Assembly (NCBI GenBank): GCA_963422615.1
Contig: OY730414.1
Span: 2,526,302-2,574,459 of the forward strand
Length of the DNA: 48,158 nt
Reading direction: 5' to 3'
From: Longimicrobiales bacterium
GTDB taxonomy: Bacteria > Gemmatimonadota > Gemmatimonadetes > Longimicrobiales > Gaopeijiaceae
Under the pieces are notes generated by a model. It was not told where the DNA came from. It was given only the letters and a program-made list of their open reading frames with translations, and made no database searches. The position numbers were made by a program, and so were the translations under genes. The first letter of the stretch is position 1. Each line of letters begins with the position of its first letter. This document shows positions 1 through 9,017 of the stretch, in pieces.

Positions 1-268
1 CGTACCCCTTCAGGGACAGCAGGGTCTGGAGGACGGAATCCTCCGGTGAGACCGTCATTCTGGAACGATCCTCGGCGGAATCAACGGGGACCAACCCGAC
101 GGAGTCGCCAAGGCGCCGGGTGAGGCGCTCCAGGTGCAGCTTGATCGCCACCTGCAGGGAGTCGGAGACCCCCTCCTGACCCTGGAGCGATGCCCCCGCC
201 CCGAACAACGCCAGTCCGATCCAACCCACCCCGACCGCACCCCACCCGACCCGTACCCGCCGCACCAT
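1..268 (-). CDS. 5' part of an exported protein, probably the LptD-like LPS-assembly protein (runs off the window edge)
   Basis: Not in the ORF track. ATG at 268, 3 bp after the tatC stop, is open to the edge: MVRRVRVGWGAVGVGWIGLALFGAGASLQGQEGVSDSLQVAIKLHLERL...DSVLQTLLSLKGY. Signal-peptide-like N-terminus. The LptD call rests on recalled Gemmatimonadota gene order only. Confidence 0.5.
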   Translation of the reverse strand, partial: MVRRVRVGWGAVGVGWIGLALFGAGASLQGQEGVSDSLQVAIKLHLERLTRRLGDSVGLVPVDSAEDRSRMTVSPEDSVLQTLLSLKGY

Positions 269-271
269 GAT

Positions 272-1387
272 CTACCCGTCCTCTTCCCCTTCGGTCAAGC
301 CGCCCTGTGCTGGCGGCTGCCCCCGCTGCTGCCGCGGCACTTCGGTCAGCGGAGAATCCCCGGGGAGCCCCTGGGGGTCCCGTTTCGACGCCTCGGTCCC
401 GGAGGGCTTGCCTTCCTTCGGAGCGGACGGCGTCCCCTCTGCGCTGACCCGAACGGCCGGATCACCGTGGGTGTACGGACTGGCGGAAACCGTTTCGTCC
501 GTCCGCCGCTCACCCGGATCGCCAGGAGAAGCCGGACCGGCCCCGGGTGCCCTTGAATCCCTCTCCGCAACCGCGCCTCCGGGAGGCGACGACGCCTCGA
601 TGGACGCTCGGTGGCTCTCGCGCCTCCGCCACATGACCGCGGAAATCAGGATGCTGATTTCGTATAGGAGGATAAGGGGAACCATCATGAGAATCGTCAC
701 CATGACCACATCGCCAGGCGAGAGAAGGCTGGCCAGGATCGTGATGATGACGATGGCATGGCGCCGCTTCCGCTTGAGAAACGTCGGGGTCACGAGCCCC
801 AGCGCGCTCAGGATCAAAACCACCACTGGCAGTTCGAACACGACTCCGAACGCCAGCAACAGTTTCACGACGAAGCCCATATACCCCGTTGCCGTCCAGC
901 TCGCCTCCATGAATTCGGTCAGGAAGCCCACCAGGAAGCGTAGGGAAATGGGAAGCGCGATGAAGTAGGCCATCGCCACCCCTGCCGCGAAGAGGACCAA
1001 CCCCATGTAGAGGGCAGGAACGATGGCCCGTTTTTCGTGCTTCTCCAGAGCGGGCGAAAGGAACGACCAGAGTTGGTAAATGACGATGGGAGACGCCAGG
1101 ACGACCCCGATGGTCAAGGATACCTTGAGAAAGATGAAGAAGGCGTCGGTCGGCGCCAAATAGATCAGCCGCCATTGGTCTCCGAAGAGCTCTTCGCCGG
1201 GTCTGATCAGCAACGCCAGCACATCCCAGTAGTAGACCATGGCCAAGCCCGCAACAGAGCCCACCACGACGGCCAGGAGACTCCACAAGACCCGCCACCG
1301 AAGCTCTTCCAGGTGCTCGAGAAAGGGCATCTCGGCCTTGGGGTTCAGGGCTTTTCGCAGGAGGAAGCCCTTTTCTAGAATCTTCAT
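272..1387 (-). CDS. tatC: Twin-arginine translocase subunit TatC with long low-complexity C-terminal tail
   Basis: EMPFLEHLEELRWR, YQLWSFLSPALEKHEKR, FGVVFELP and SPGDVV...LYEISI motifs; six hydrophobic segments. Confidence 0.97.
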   Translation of the reverse strand: MKILEKGFLLRKALNPKAEMPFLEHLEELRWRVLWSLLAVVVGSVAGLAMVYYWDVLALLIRPGEELFGDQWRLIYLAPTDAFFIFLKVSLTIGVVLASPIVIYQLWSFLSPALEKHEKRAIVPALYMGLVLFAAGVAMAYFIALPISLRFLVGFLTEFMEASWTATGYMGFVVKLLLAFGVVFELPVVVLILSALGLVTPTFLKRKRRHAIVIITILASLLSPGDVVMVTILMMVPLILLYEISILISAVMWRRRESHRASIEASSPPGGAVAERDSRAPGAGPASPGDPGERRTDETVSASPYTHGDPAVRVSAEGTPSAPKEGKPSGTEASKRDPQGLPGDSPLTEVPRQQRGQPPAQGGLTEGEEDG

Positions 1388-1460
1388 TGGACTGCACCCA
1401 TTCGTCCTGCATCCCGCTCGTCGGCCCGGAGGAGGGTAAGGAACTGATCCCGGACGCTTA

Positions 1461-1555
1461 GGCCGCCCACCATTCCGGGAAACCTCGCAAGGTCCGGGAA
1501 GCTCCGGTCAACCCCCGCCTGGGAAGGGGGGTAGGCGGCCCTGCGGAGGCCTCCG
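1461..1555 (-). other. Structured intergenic element between cpoB and tatC (multi-stem)
   Basis: GGCCGCCCACC (1461-1471) pairs with GGTAGGCGGCC (1530-1540) with a G-U pair on the minus strand and encloses two hairpins; perfect palindrome CGGAGGCCTCCG at 1544-1555. Confidence 0.4.
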
Positions 1556-1568
1556 TCACGAGCCCCCG

Positions 1569-2393
1569 TCAGGGAATCTCTTGGAGCCGCTGTCGGGCCA
1601 AAGCAGCAAATCTATGGTCGCCATACGACCCGACCAACCGCTCCAAATACCGGCGCGCCTGGCCAAAGTCCTCCATCTCCAAGTAGAGTAACCCGGCCCG
1701 GAAAAGGGCACTGGCAACCTCTTCCGAGGCGGGGAAGAGTTCGGGAACCCGGAGGAAAATCGCAACCGCCTCTTCCAGGCGGTTCTCCTGGCTCGACAGT
1801 TCGCCCAAATGGAGGTAGGCGGAAGGGGTGAGCTCATGGTTCGGGTATTCTTCAATGAATCGGTTGAACCCCATTCGGGCAACGGTGAAGTTCCCGCGGT
1901 TGAGGTTCTGCACGGAGGCATTGTAATCCGCCTCCGGTGGACTGGAAGTTCCAGAGTCGGGGGTTCCCTGCCTCTGCGGAACGACTTCGCCGGTTTCCTG
2001 CGAGTCCGGGTCCCCGGGGTTCTCGGTCTGTGGCGGCCGCCACCGGGGCTGGGCGTTCAACTCGTCCCTGAGGCGGGCCAAGTTGCGCTGGCTCTGGCCC
2101 GCGAGTTCGCTCAACCGGAGCTGCTGGTCCTGAATGGCAAGAAGTCGGTTGTTCACCTCACCCCTGAACTGGAAGAACGACTCCGAGAGGACCTGAGCGG
2201 AATCAAGCCCCTCTTGATTCAACCGCTGGAGGGACTGCACAAGGGCGTGAAAGGAGGAGTCCTGGCGGACGGCCAGAGCCCGAACCTCGTTCTGGAGGTC
2301 CCGGAGATCCTGGTTCGTCGCACAGCCCCCCGTCGCAAGGAGGAACGCGATCCAACCGATCCGTCCGGGATTACAGAAAGTTCGTAACACCAT
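1569..2393 (-). CDS. cpoB: Tol-Pal system protein CpoB/YbgF (coiled coil + TPR), lipoprotein
   Basis: Lipobox-like LATGGC, N-terminal coiled coil, TPR region (FIEEYPNHELTPSAYLHLG; ALFRAGLLY), directly downstream of pal. Confidence 0.9.
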   Translation of the reverse strand: MVLRTFCNPGRIGWIAFLLATGGCATNQDLRDLQNEVRALAVRQDSSFHALVQSLQRLNQEGLDSAQVLSESFFQFRGEVNNRLLAIQDQQLRLSELAGQSQRNLARLRDELNAQPRWRPPQTENPGDPDSQETGEVVPQRQGTPDSGTSSPPEADYNASVQNLNRGNFTVARMGFNRFIEEYPNHELTPSAYLHLGELSSQENRLEEAVAIFLRVPELFPASEEVASALFRAGLLYLEMEDFGQARRYLERLVGSYGDHRFAALARQRLQEIP

Positions 2394-2508
2394 CCCCCAA
2401 GACCTTCCTCATCGTCCTCAAGGCACCCCTTATTCGACATCCGCCGAACCCATGTACGTCCACACCGACGACAGACGGGACGCACAGGTTCCGGGAACTC
2501 AAAAGGGT

Positions 2509-3099
2509 TCAGGGACGAATGGTTTCGCCGCCGGCCGTGATTACGAATTCCACTCTTCGATTCCTGGCCCAGGCCGTCTCGTCGGATCCCTGGGCAAGCG
2601 GACGTTCCTCCCCGTAGGAGACCGAAGAAAAGCGATTCGCGCCCAGCCCGAAGCCGCTGAAAAACCGTATCACCGCGTCGGCGCGTTCGTCCCCCAGGGC
2701 AATATTGTACTCGGAGGTCCCCCGCTCATCGGCGTGACCCTCCATGCGAAGCCGGATGTCCACATTGGACCGCAGGATTTCCAGCTTTGCCCGCAACTTG
2801 CTCTCCGTGTCCGACCGAATGACAGCTTCGTCATAGTCGAAAAAGACCATTTCGGTGAGCGCCTGACGGGCCCTTTCGGCCCGGCGAGCGGCTTCCCGTG
2901 CCCGGCGCTCTTCTTCTCGCCGGGCTTCGGCTTCGGCTTCCGCCTGGGCTCGACGAATTGAGTCCTGCCGGAGGGCTTCAAGCTCTTCCGGGGTCGGGCC
3001 GGTCGGCTCGGGAGGAAGAGGAGGAGTTTCATTTCCGGCGCAGGCACCGATGACGATCGCAGCAGCGAAGGCGGAGAGAAACAAACGAGGGTTGGACAT
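2509..3099 (-). CDS. pal: Peptidoglycan-associated lipoprotein Pal (OmpA_C)
   Basis: Start revised to ATG 3099 (purine-rich RBS GGGAGAAGAG); lipobox IGAC; VFFDYD, EGHADERGTSEYNIALGDERA, SYGEERP, NRRVEF. Confidence 0.96.
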   Translation of the reverse strand: MSNPRLFLSAFAAAIVIGACAGNETPPLPPEPTGPTPEELEALRQDSIRRAQAEAEAEARREEERRAREAARRAERARQALTEMVFFDYDEAVIRSDTESKLRAKLEILRSNVDIRLRMEGHADERGTSEYNIALGDERADAVIRFFSGFGLGANRFSSVSYGEERPLAQGSDETAWARNRRVEFVITAGGETIRP

Positions 3100-3217
3100 C
3101 TCTTCTCCCGATACTATGTGGAGGGGACTTGTAATGGAGGTGGCGCATAAGGACCGTTGGCTTACCGCACGGGCTCCGAATCCCCGCACATGTCGCGGAC
3201 CCGGATCCCATGTTCGT

Positions 3218-3246
3218 TATATAGGCGATCGCTGCCCACTCTGCAA
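3218..3246 (-). promoter_or_regulatory. Candidate sigma70-type internal promoter for pal-cpoB
   Basis: Minus strand TTGCAG-N17-TATATA in the tolB-pal intergenic region. Confidence 0.35.
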
Positions 3247-3321
3247 GACGGGATCCTGATCTCCAGTCAATTCGATCCTCTAATCAAGGGTCTCATCCCC
3301 GCCCGGGTCCATGCCCCGCGG

Positions 3322-4821
3322 TCAACGCCGACCCGGTGAAGCGCCTGCATCCGCTCCTCCCCAGGGTCCCGTCCGGCCCAGGGAGGGAGACCAGTCGGTG
3401 TCCTCGGCCCGGACATTCGGAACGAGGATGCGGGTTCTGCCCGTCCCGGCGTCGACGACGAAGACACCGTATCCGTAGCTCCGCTCTCCGGTGAATACGA
3501 TGTGTCGCCCGTCGGGAGCCCAGCTGGGATCCTGGTTGTCCCCCTCCCGAGTGAGCTGAATCAGGCGGCTGTCCTCGGTCTGGACATCGGCAACCAAGAT
3601 CTGGTAGCGGGTTCGGCGTCCTCTGATCCTCCCCGAAAACGCCACCTTGGCGGAAAGGGGGGACCAGTCCGGGTCGGAGAAGTAGCCGCCCTCCCCGAAG
3701 CGGTAGGGAGACAGCAGCCGGGCTTCACCGCCCCCGGCCGACATGACGTAGATTTGGGGGGTGGCGGTGCCCATGCGGTTGGACGTAAACGCCATGTACC
3801 GCCCATCGGAAGAATAGGTGGGCTGCAGATCCTTGTACCGGCCCCCGATCAACTGGGAGAGACAGCAGCCCTCTTGCACGTCAAAGCTGAAGAGTCCGCT
3901 CCGTCCCCCTCCAAGAAGAGCAAAGGCGATCCGGTGCCCGTCCGGATGATACGTCGGTGTGATCTGCTGCCCGGTCGCCCCGGGGCCCCCCTGCCCCCCC
4001 CGTTCAGGCTCCAGTACCCGCTCCCGGTTCTGCTCCAAGTCCAGCTGGTAAATGAGGGAAGTCCCGGACTTCCACGACACATAGGCGATGCTGTTCCCGT
4101 CGGGGGCCCAAGCCGGGGATGCAACCGTGTTCTCGTCCCAGGTGATCCGCTCCAGGTTCTCCCCGTCCGAATCCACGACGTACAACTCCTTGCTCATCTG
4201 GTCGCTGTACGGACGCATTGTGAATACGATCCGGCTGGCGGCCGCCCCCGGATCCCCCGTGACCCACTCGACAACGGCGTCCGAGACCGTGTGAACCGAC
4301 ATGCGAAAATCCGAGTGTTCCGATCCCGGAAGCAGGAACCGGTCCCGCTGGCGAACGCTTGAAAAGACGATGTCATGGAGTTCGACGGCCAAGACGTAGC
4401 CTCCGTCGGTCCCCTCGAGGGTGCCGGTCACCAGCCAGTCTGCGCCAAAGCCGTCCCATAGGTCGTAGTCAACGCCGTCGCTGTCCAGCAACGGGAACGA
4501 ATCCATGACGACGAATCGGTCGCTGTAGCGAAGATCTCGGGCCAAAATGGCGCCGGCCCGGGAAGCAACCTCCGCCGCCTGGGGACGGGCGTTTTCGCCT
4601 TCGGCCAGGGTGAAGGGCATGATCGCGACGGGCGGAAGGTACCCGGTCTCGTAGACGAGCCCCAGGGAGACCCCGGGGATCCTGTCTTCCCCGGTTTCCT
4701 GAGCTCGGACTTCGGCGGAGAGGCACGGGGCCCAGGGAACGACAAGGAACAGAATCCCCGCTCTTCCCCAAGGCGTCCCAGTGGCACTGTACTTCCCTGT
4801 CACGCCCATGAGCACTTTCAT
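3322..4821 (-). CDS. tolB: TolB (TolB_N + PD40 propeller)
   Basis: ILARDLRYSDRF; repeated SPAWAPDG/PTYHPDG/PTYSSDG/PSWAPDG blades; start ATG 4821 overlaps the upstream stop (ATGA). Confidence 0.95.
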   Translation of the reverse strand: MKVLMGVTGKYSATGTPWGRAGILFLVVPWAPCLSAEVRAQETGEDRIPGVSLGLVYETGYLPPVAIMPFTLAEGENARPQAAEVASRAGAILARDLRYSDRFVVMDSFPLLDSDGVDYDLWDGFGADWLVTGTLEGTDGGYVLAVELHDIVFSSVRQRDRFLLPGSEHSDFRMSVHTVSDAVVEWVTGDPGAAASRIVFTMRPYSDQMSKELYVVDSDGENLERITWDENTVASPAWAPDGNSIAYVSWKSGTSLIYQLDLEQNRERVLEPERGGQGGPGATGQQITPTYHPDGHRIAFALLGGGRSGLFSFDVQEGCCLSQLIGGRYKDLQPTYSSDGRYMAFTSNRMGTATPQIYVMSAGGGEARLLSPYRFGEGGYFSDPDWSPLSAKVAFSGRIRGRRTRYQILVADVQTEDSRLIQLTREGDNQDPSWAPDGRHIVFTGERSYGYGVFVVDAGTGRTRILVPNVRAEDTDWSPSLGRTGPWGGADAGASPGRR

Positions 4822-5621
4822 CTCCGTTTTGTCGTCAAGGTAAACTGGATCGGAAGTACATCCCACGCGTAGTCGGCGGGCAAGGGCCCAAGGCGACCCG
4901 CCCGGCCCACACACTCCGCCGCTCCCATGGCTTCCAGGTCGAAGGCAAAGCTTCCCGATGACTGCGCGACCCCAATTTTCGAGGTGCTTCCGTCCTTGAG
5001 AATCACGAATGTGACCTTCACTTCCCGACTTCCCGCATCAACCGGCCGGAAACAGCGCCGCATCTGACGGATGATGTTGCCGTAGTAGCGAGGAAAATCC
5101 CGGCGAAGTCCCTCCATGCGGGCATTCATGTCCTCGCCCGGATCGGCTTCGTCGACTTCCTCCGCATTCGCCGGGACGGCCGGTTCGGCGGCGGGCGAGG
5201 GCGTTTCCTCGGGCTCGACCACGGGCGAGGGTTCCCGGGGCTCCGGTTCGGGCTCCGCCTCCTCGGCCGGCAGCTCCGCCTCCTCGGCCGGCACGGGAAT
5301 TTCTTCTTCCACTTCCAGGACGAGCTCCTGGGGCGTCTCGACCACCAGCTCTTCTTCGGGAACGGGCAGGCGCTCCTCCTCGACCCGTTCTGCAGACGCA
5401 GGAGGGGGTGAAACAATGCGGATCTCGTAGGTCTCGTAGTGAGTTTCGTCTTTGGCGAAAGCGGGAAATCCGAACAACAGCACCGAGAGGACACCCACAT
5501 GGACCCCCAGGGAAAGGAAGAAGGAATCCTTGCCCAGGGGCTTTCTGTCTCCGTAGGCCCTCCGCTTCTGCCGGGGCCCGGAATCCAGGTTTCCCTGCGC
5601 CAAGGGGCCCTGTGCCGTCAC
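4818..5621 (-). CDS. tolA: TolA/TonB-family energy transducer
   Basis: TM anchor with SxxxH motif (SLGVH), Glu/Pro-rich linker, TonB_C-like end (VTFVILKDG...QSSGSFAFDLEA); lies between tolR and tolB. Confidence 0.85.
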   Translation of the reverse strand: MTAQGPLAQGNLDSGPRQKRRAYGDRKPLGKDSFFLSLGVHVGVLSVLLFGFPAFAKDETHYETYEIRIVSPPPASAERVEEERLPVPEEELVVETPQELVLEVEEEIPVPAEEAELPAEEAEPEPEPREPSPVVEPEETPSPAAEPAVPANAEEVDEADPGEDMNARMEGLRRDFPRYYGNIIRQMRRCFRPVDAGSREVKVTFVILKDGSTSKIGVAQSSGSFAFDLEAMGAAECVGRAGRLGPLPADYAWDVLPIQFTLTTKRR

Positions 5622-6034
5622 GGGACAATCTCCCGGCCAAGGGCATACACCTTCACCCCGTCGGCTCTCCAGACGGTCGTGAGCACCTTGAACACGGGAC
5701 CCCAGTACGCCAGGGAGTCGGCTTTGACATAGACCGCATCCAGGTTGCCCGCCCGGATCACTTGCCCGAGCGCTTCTTCCAGGTTCTCCGAAGGCACGGG
5801 CGTCTCACCGAAGAAGGCCGATCCGTCAGCCTGGAGGCTGACGATGAGCATGTCCTCCGAGGCTTCCACGCTGCCCACCTGTCCCGTGGGGACATTCACA
5901 TCCACCCCTCCCTGGAGCACGGGGGCCGTGATGATGAAGATCACCAGCAGGGTGAAGGCCACGTCCACCAGGCTGGTCACGTTGATTTCCGCTCGGATCG
6001 GAAGCCGGCTGCGCTGCGGGCGCCGCTTGCTCAT
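5618..6034 (-). CDS. tolR: ExbD/TolR biopolymer transport protein
   Basis: AEINVTSLVDVAFTLLVIFIITAP; VYVKAD. Confidence 0.93.
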   Translation of the reverse strand: MSKRRPQRSRLPIRAEINVTSLVDVAFTLLVIFIITAPVLQGGVDVNVPTGQVGSVEASEDMLIVSLQADGSAFFGETPVPSENLEEALGQVIRAGNLDAVYVKADSLAYWGPVFKVLTTVWRADGVKVYALGREIVP

Positions 6035-6738
6035 ACCAGGCGTTCCTTCGCAAGGGTCCCGATGAACTCACTTGCAAATCCTTCCAGTTCTCCGTGAACG
6101 AGATTCAACCTCGAGGCGAAGTGGTTGTAGGCGATTACCGAAGGAATCGCTACGGCCAGCCCGGTCACCGTGGTAATGAGGGCATCGGCAATGCCGGGCG
6201 CCACGGATCCGATGTTTGCCGATCCCGATGCCGTGATCCCGAGAAAAGTATTCATGACCCCAATGACCGTGCCCATGAGCCCCATCAGGGGGGAGACGGA
6301 CCCGATGACGGCCAGCCAGTTGAGACCGTGGGCCAGTTCGTCGACCTCTTCCGCCTCTACCTTCTCCATCACCATTCGGAGGGCTTCCAGTTGGGTGAGG
6401 GACAGGCCCGGGACCCTGCCGCCTTCCAGAGCCTGGGGGCGAAGTTCGTTGAAGAAGTTGATTCCCCCGAGAAAGAGGCGCGTGTAGGGGGAATCGGGAA
6501 GGGCGAGCACCACTTCGGAAGCCGTGCGAAGGTCGGTCACCGTTTCCAGCCCGGCAAGAAACCGGTCCCCGTGGCGGCGAACGCGACGGAAATGGCGGGC
6601 CTTCGCGATGATCACCCACAGGGACAGGACCGAAAAGAGCCCTAGGGCAATGAGGACGACCCGGGTGGGCCATGTACTCCCCAGGATCATGCCCACGACG
6701 CTCTGGGGAGACCCCGCCTGCAAAGAAAGGGCGATCAC
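6031..6738 (-). CDS. tolQ: MotA/TolQ/ExbB proton channel protein
   Basis: LAVIGSVSPLMGLMGTVIGVM, VAPGIADALITTVTGLAVAIP; GTG start overlaps the epimerase stop. Confidence 0.94.
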   Translation of the reverse strand: MIALSLQAGSPQSVVGMILGSTWPTRVVLIALGLFSVLSLWVIIAKARHFRRVRRHGDRFLAGLETVTDLRTASEVVLALPDSPYTRLFLGGINFFNELRPQALEGGRVPGLSLTQLEALRMVMEKVEAEEVDELAHGLNWLAVIGSVSPLMGLMGTVIGVMNTFLGITASGSANIGSVAPGIADALITTVTGLAVAIPSVIAYNHFASRLNLVHGELEGFASEFIGTLAKERLV

Positions 6739-7715
6739 ATCCCGCCGGCCATCGCCCGGGCCGACGCCATGTAGCGAAGGGTCTCCTCAATGCCTTCCCG
6801 AAGACAGAAGTCGGGCGTCCATCCGCACTTCCGAATCTTGGCCGTCGCAAGGGTGCTGTGAAGGATCTCCCCCGGGCGCGGCGCTTCGTAGTGGCGGTCA
6901 CGGCGGAAGCCATAAATGTTCTCCAACGCGTCGGCCAAGCCGTTCACACTGGTTGCAATCTCGGTTCCTATGTTGAAGGCCCTGGCGTCAATCCCGGCTT
7001 CACGCGGGAGAATCATATCCGAAGCCTTCATGTTCGCAGTCACCACATCCTGAACGAAAACGTAGTCCCGCGTCTGCTCACCGTTTCCGTAGATGACCAA
7101 GGGTTGGCCATTCATGAGTTGCTTTGCAAAGATGGCCACAACCCCGGCTTCGCCGGTGATGCCCTGGCGAGGTCCGTAGACGTTGGCGTACCGAAGTGCC
7201 ACGTACTCCAAACCGCAAACTTCCCGGTAGCAGTTCAGATAGTACTCTCCTGCAAGCTTGCTGACGCCATAGGGGGACTCAGGCGCCTTTGTCACTGTTT
7301 CAATGCTGGGAAGCGCCGCGGTCCTGCCGTAGAGGGCGCCCCCGCTAGACGCAAAAACAACCCGTTTCGTTCCGGCTCGGCACGCGGCGTCCATCACGTT
7401 GAGGATCCCCAGGACATTGACCTGGGCATCGCGGAGCGGCGCGGTTACGGAGACGCGGACGTCAATTTGGGCCGCGTGGTGGTTGATCAAGTCGAAGCCC
7501 TCCTCGCAGATGAGCTCCTTGACTTCGGGTTCCGCCACATCCAGTCGGACGAAGGTCGCTCCGGCCGGGACATTCTCCATGTGCCCTGAAGACAGGTCGT
7601 CCACAATCCATACGCGGTCGCCCCGGCTCAGGTAGGCTTCGGCCACATGACTTCCGATGAAACCGGCACCACCGGTGACCAGGACCTTCCGGCTTTCGTT
7701 TTGCATCGTCTTCAT
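6735..7715 (-). CDS. NAD-dependent epimerase/dehydratase (UDP-glucose 4-epimerase-like)
   Basis: LVTGGAGFIGSH, YGVSK (YxxxK), LRYANVYGPRQ, QTRDYVFV. Confidence 0.95.
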   Translation of the reverse strand: MKTMQNESRKVLVTGGAGFIGSHVAEAYLSRGDRVWIVDDLSSGHMENVPAGATFVRLDVAEPEVKELICEEGFDLINHHAAQIDVRVSVTAPLRDAQVNVLGILNVMDAACRAGTKRVVFASSGGALYGRTAALPSIETVTKAPESPYGVSKLAGEYYLNCYREVCGLEYVALRYANVYGPRQGITGEAGVVAIFAKQLMNGQPLVIYGNGEQTRDYVFVQDVVTANMKASDMILPREAGIDARAFNIGTEIATSVNGLADALENIYGFRRDRHYEAPRPGEILHSTLATAKIRKCGWTPDFCLREGIEETLRYMASARAMAGGM

Positions 7716-8177
7716 TGAGTCAGGAATACGGCAAATCGGCGACCCTAAATTCCGTCAAAGAGGGCCGGCCGATGGACACCTGATGGCGTACCGAGCGCCA
7801 CCCAGCCGTTTTGGGGATAGGGGAAGTAACGGATTTGAATAACGTGGGTAATGTAATGACTTCCCCCCGAACGTGAAGGCCCGGCCCGCCGCGGCAGGGA
7901 GAGGGCACCGAGATACCGGCTGGGGCAGGCCGCCTCGGTGGCCCGGCAGCTCCCATATCCATCCATGGGTCGTAACGTATTTGTCAGGCTGGCGTGCTCC
8001 CGAGCATCGCCACCGATGCCAACCTGATTCCGTAATCGAATCAACTGGCTGCCGATCCCTTCGGAGATGGATGGCACCGGGGCGGCGAATACCGCATATT
8101 GTTTCTGGCTGGATTCCAATCCAGCTTGCAGGCCTTGCCCACCGGAACCCCCCGATCCCCTGCCCTTCAGGCGAACC

Positions 8178-8978
8178 ATGAGCTTGAGAATCGCCACTTG
8201 GAATGTGAACTCGGTGAAGGCTCGAGCGGGGAGGCTGGACGCTTGGCTCCGGGAACACCATCCCGGCGTACTATGCCTTCAGGAGCTCAAGACCACCGAC
8301 GAAGCCTACCCGGCGGAGACCGTTCGCCTTGCGGGCTACGACTCAGCGGTATTCGGACAGAAGGCCTACAACGGGGTCGCCTTGATCAGCTCGCATCCCA
8401 TTGGCGAAGTCCGAAGGGGAATGGCCGGGGAGGACTCCCGGGCGGTGGCCGTCGACTCCCAGGCAAGATTGATCAGCGGGGTGGTCCGCGGCGTAACCGT
8501 CTTCTCTGCGTACTTCCCCAACGGACGGACGGTCGGGTCGGAGTCCCATCGGTATAAGCTGTCGTGGATGCGCCGTTTGCTGGAGGTGCTGGAGTCCCGC
8601 TTCACCCCCCGGGACCCGGTGGTTCTGGCGGGAGACTTCAATGTGGCCCCCCAGGACCTGGACGGAGAATATCCGGAGAAGTGGGCGTCCAGCGTCCTTT
8701 GTGACCCTGCCTCCAGAGAGGCCCTTGAGCGAATCCGGGCGTGGGGCTTTGTCGATGTGGTCCGAAGGCACAATCCCCAGGGCGGCCTGTATAGCTGGTG
8801 GGACTATCGCCGCTTGGCCTTTGCCAGGAACGATGGTTTGCGCATCGACCACATTTTTGCCACAGTACCGGTAGCAGAAGCCTCTACGGGAGCCTGGATA
8901 GACCGGAATCAGCGGAAGGGGAAAAAGACCGACAAGCCATCGGACCATGCGCCGGTGGTGGCCGACTTCGACCTGTAG
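8178..8978 (+). CDS. xth: Exodeoxyribonuclease III (AP endonuclease)
   Basis: Start revised to ATG 8178: IATWNVNS, LCLQELK, YFPNG, GDFNVAP, YSWWDYR, GLRIDH, SDHAPV. Confidence 0.97.
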   Translation: MSLRIATWNVNSVKARAGRLDAWLREHHPGVLCLQELKTTDEAYPAETVRLAGYDSAVFGQKAYNGVALISSHPIGEVRRGMAGEDSRAVAVDSQARLISGVVRGVTVFSAYFPNGRTVGSESHRYKLSWMRRLLEVLESRFTPRDPVVLAGDFNVAPQDLDGEYPEKWASSVLCDPASREALERIRAWGFVDVVRRHNPQGGLYSWWDYRRLAFARNDGLRIDHIFATVPVAEASTGAWIDRNQRKGKKTDKPSDHAPVVADFDL

Positions 8979-9017
8979 CCGGCTGCGACCGACGCCCTGA
9001 TGAGGGTAGGCAAGAAC

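Noticed and set aside
1474..1510. Resemblance to a c-di-GMP-I riboswitch or SRP RNA (GGGAAACC-TCGCAA-GGTCCGGGAAGCTCCGG)
   Set aside because: The stem is too short, the SRP GGAAGGAAGCAG core is missing, and it lies antisense to the flanking genes.
7716..8177. Short ORFs and hairpins in the 460-bp epimerase-xth gap
   Set aside because: No recognisable protein motif or RNA family; best treated as a divergent promoter region.
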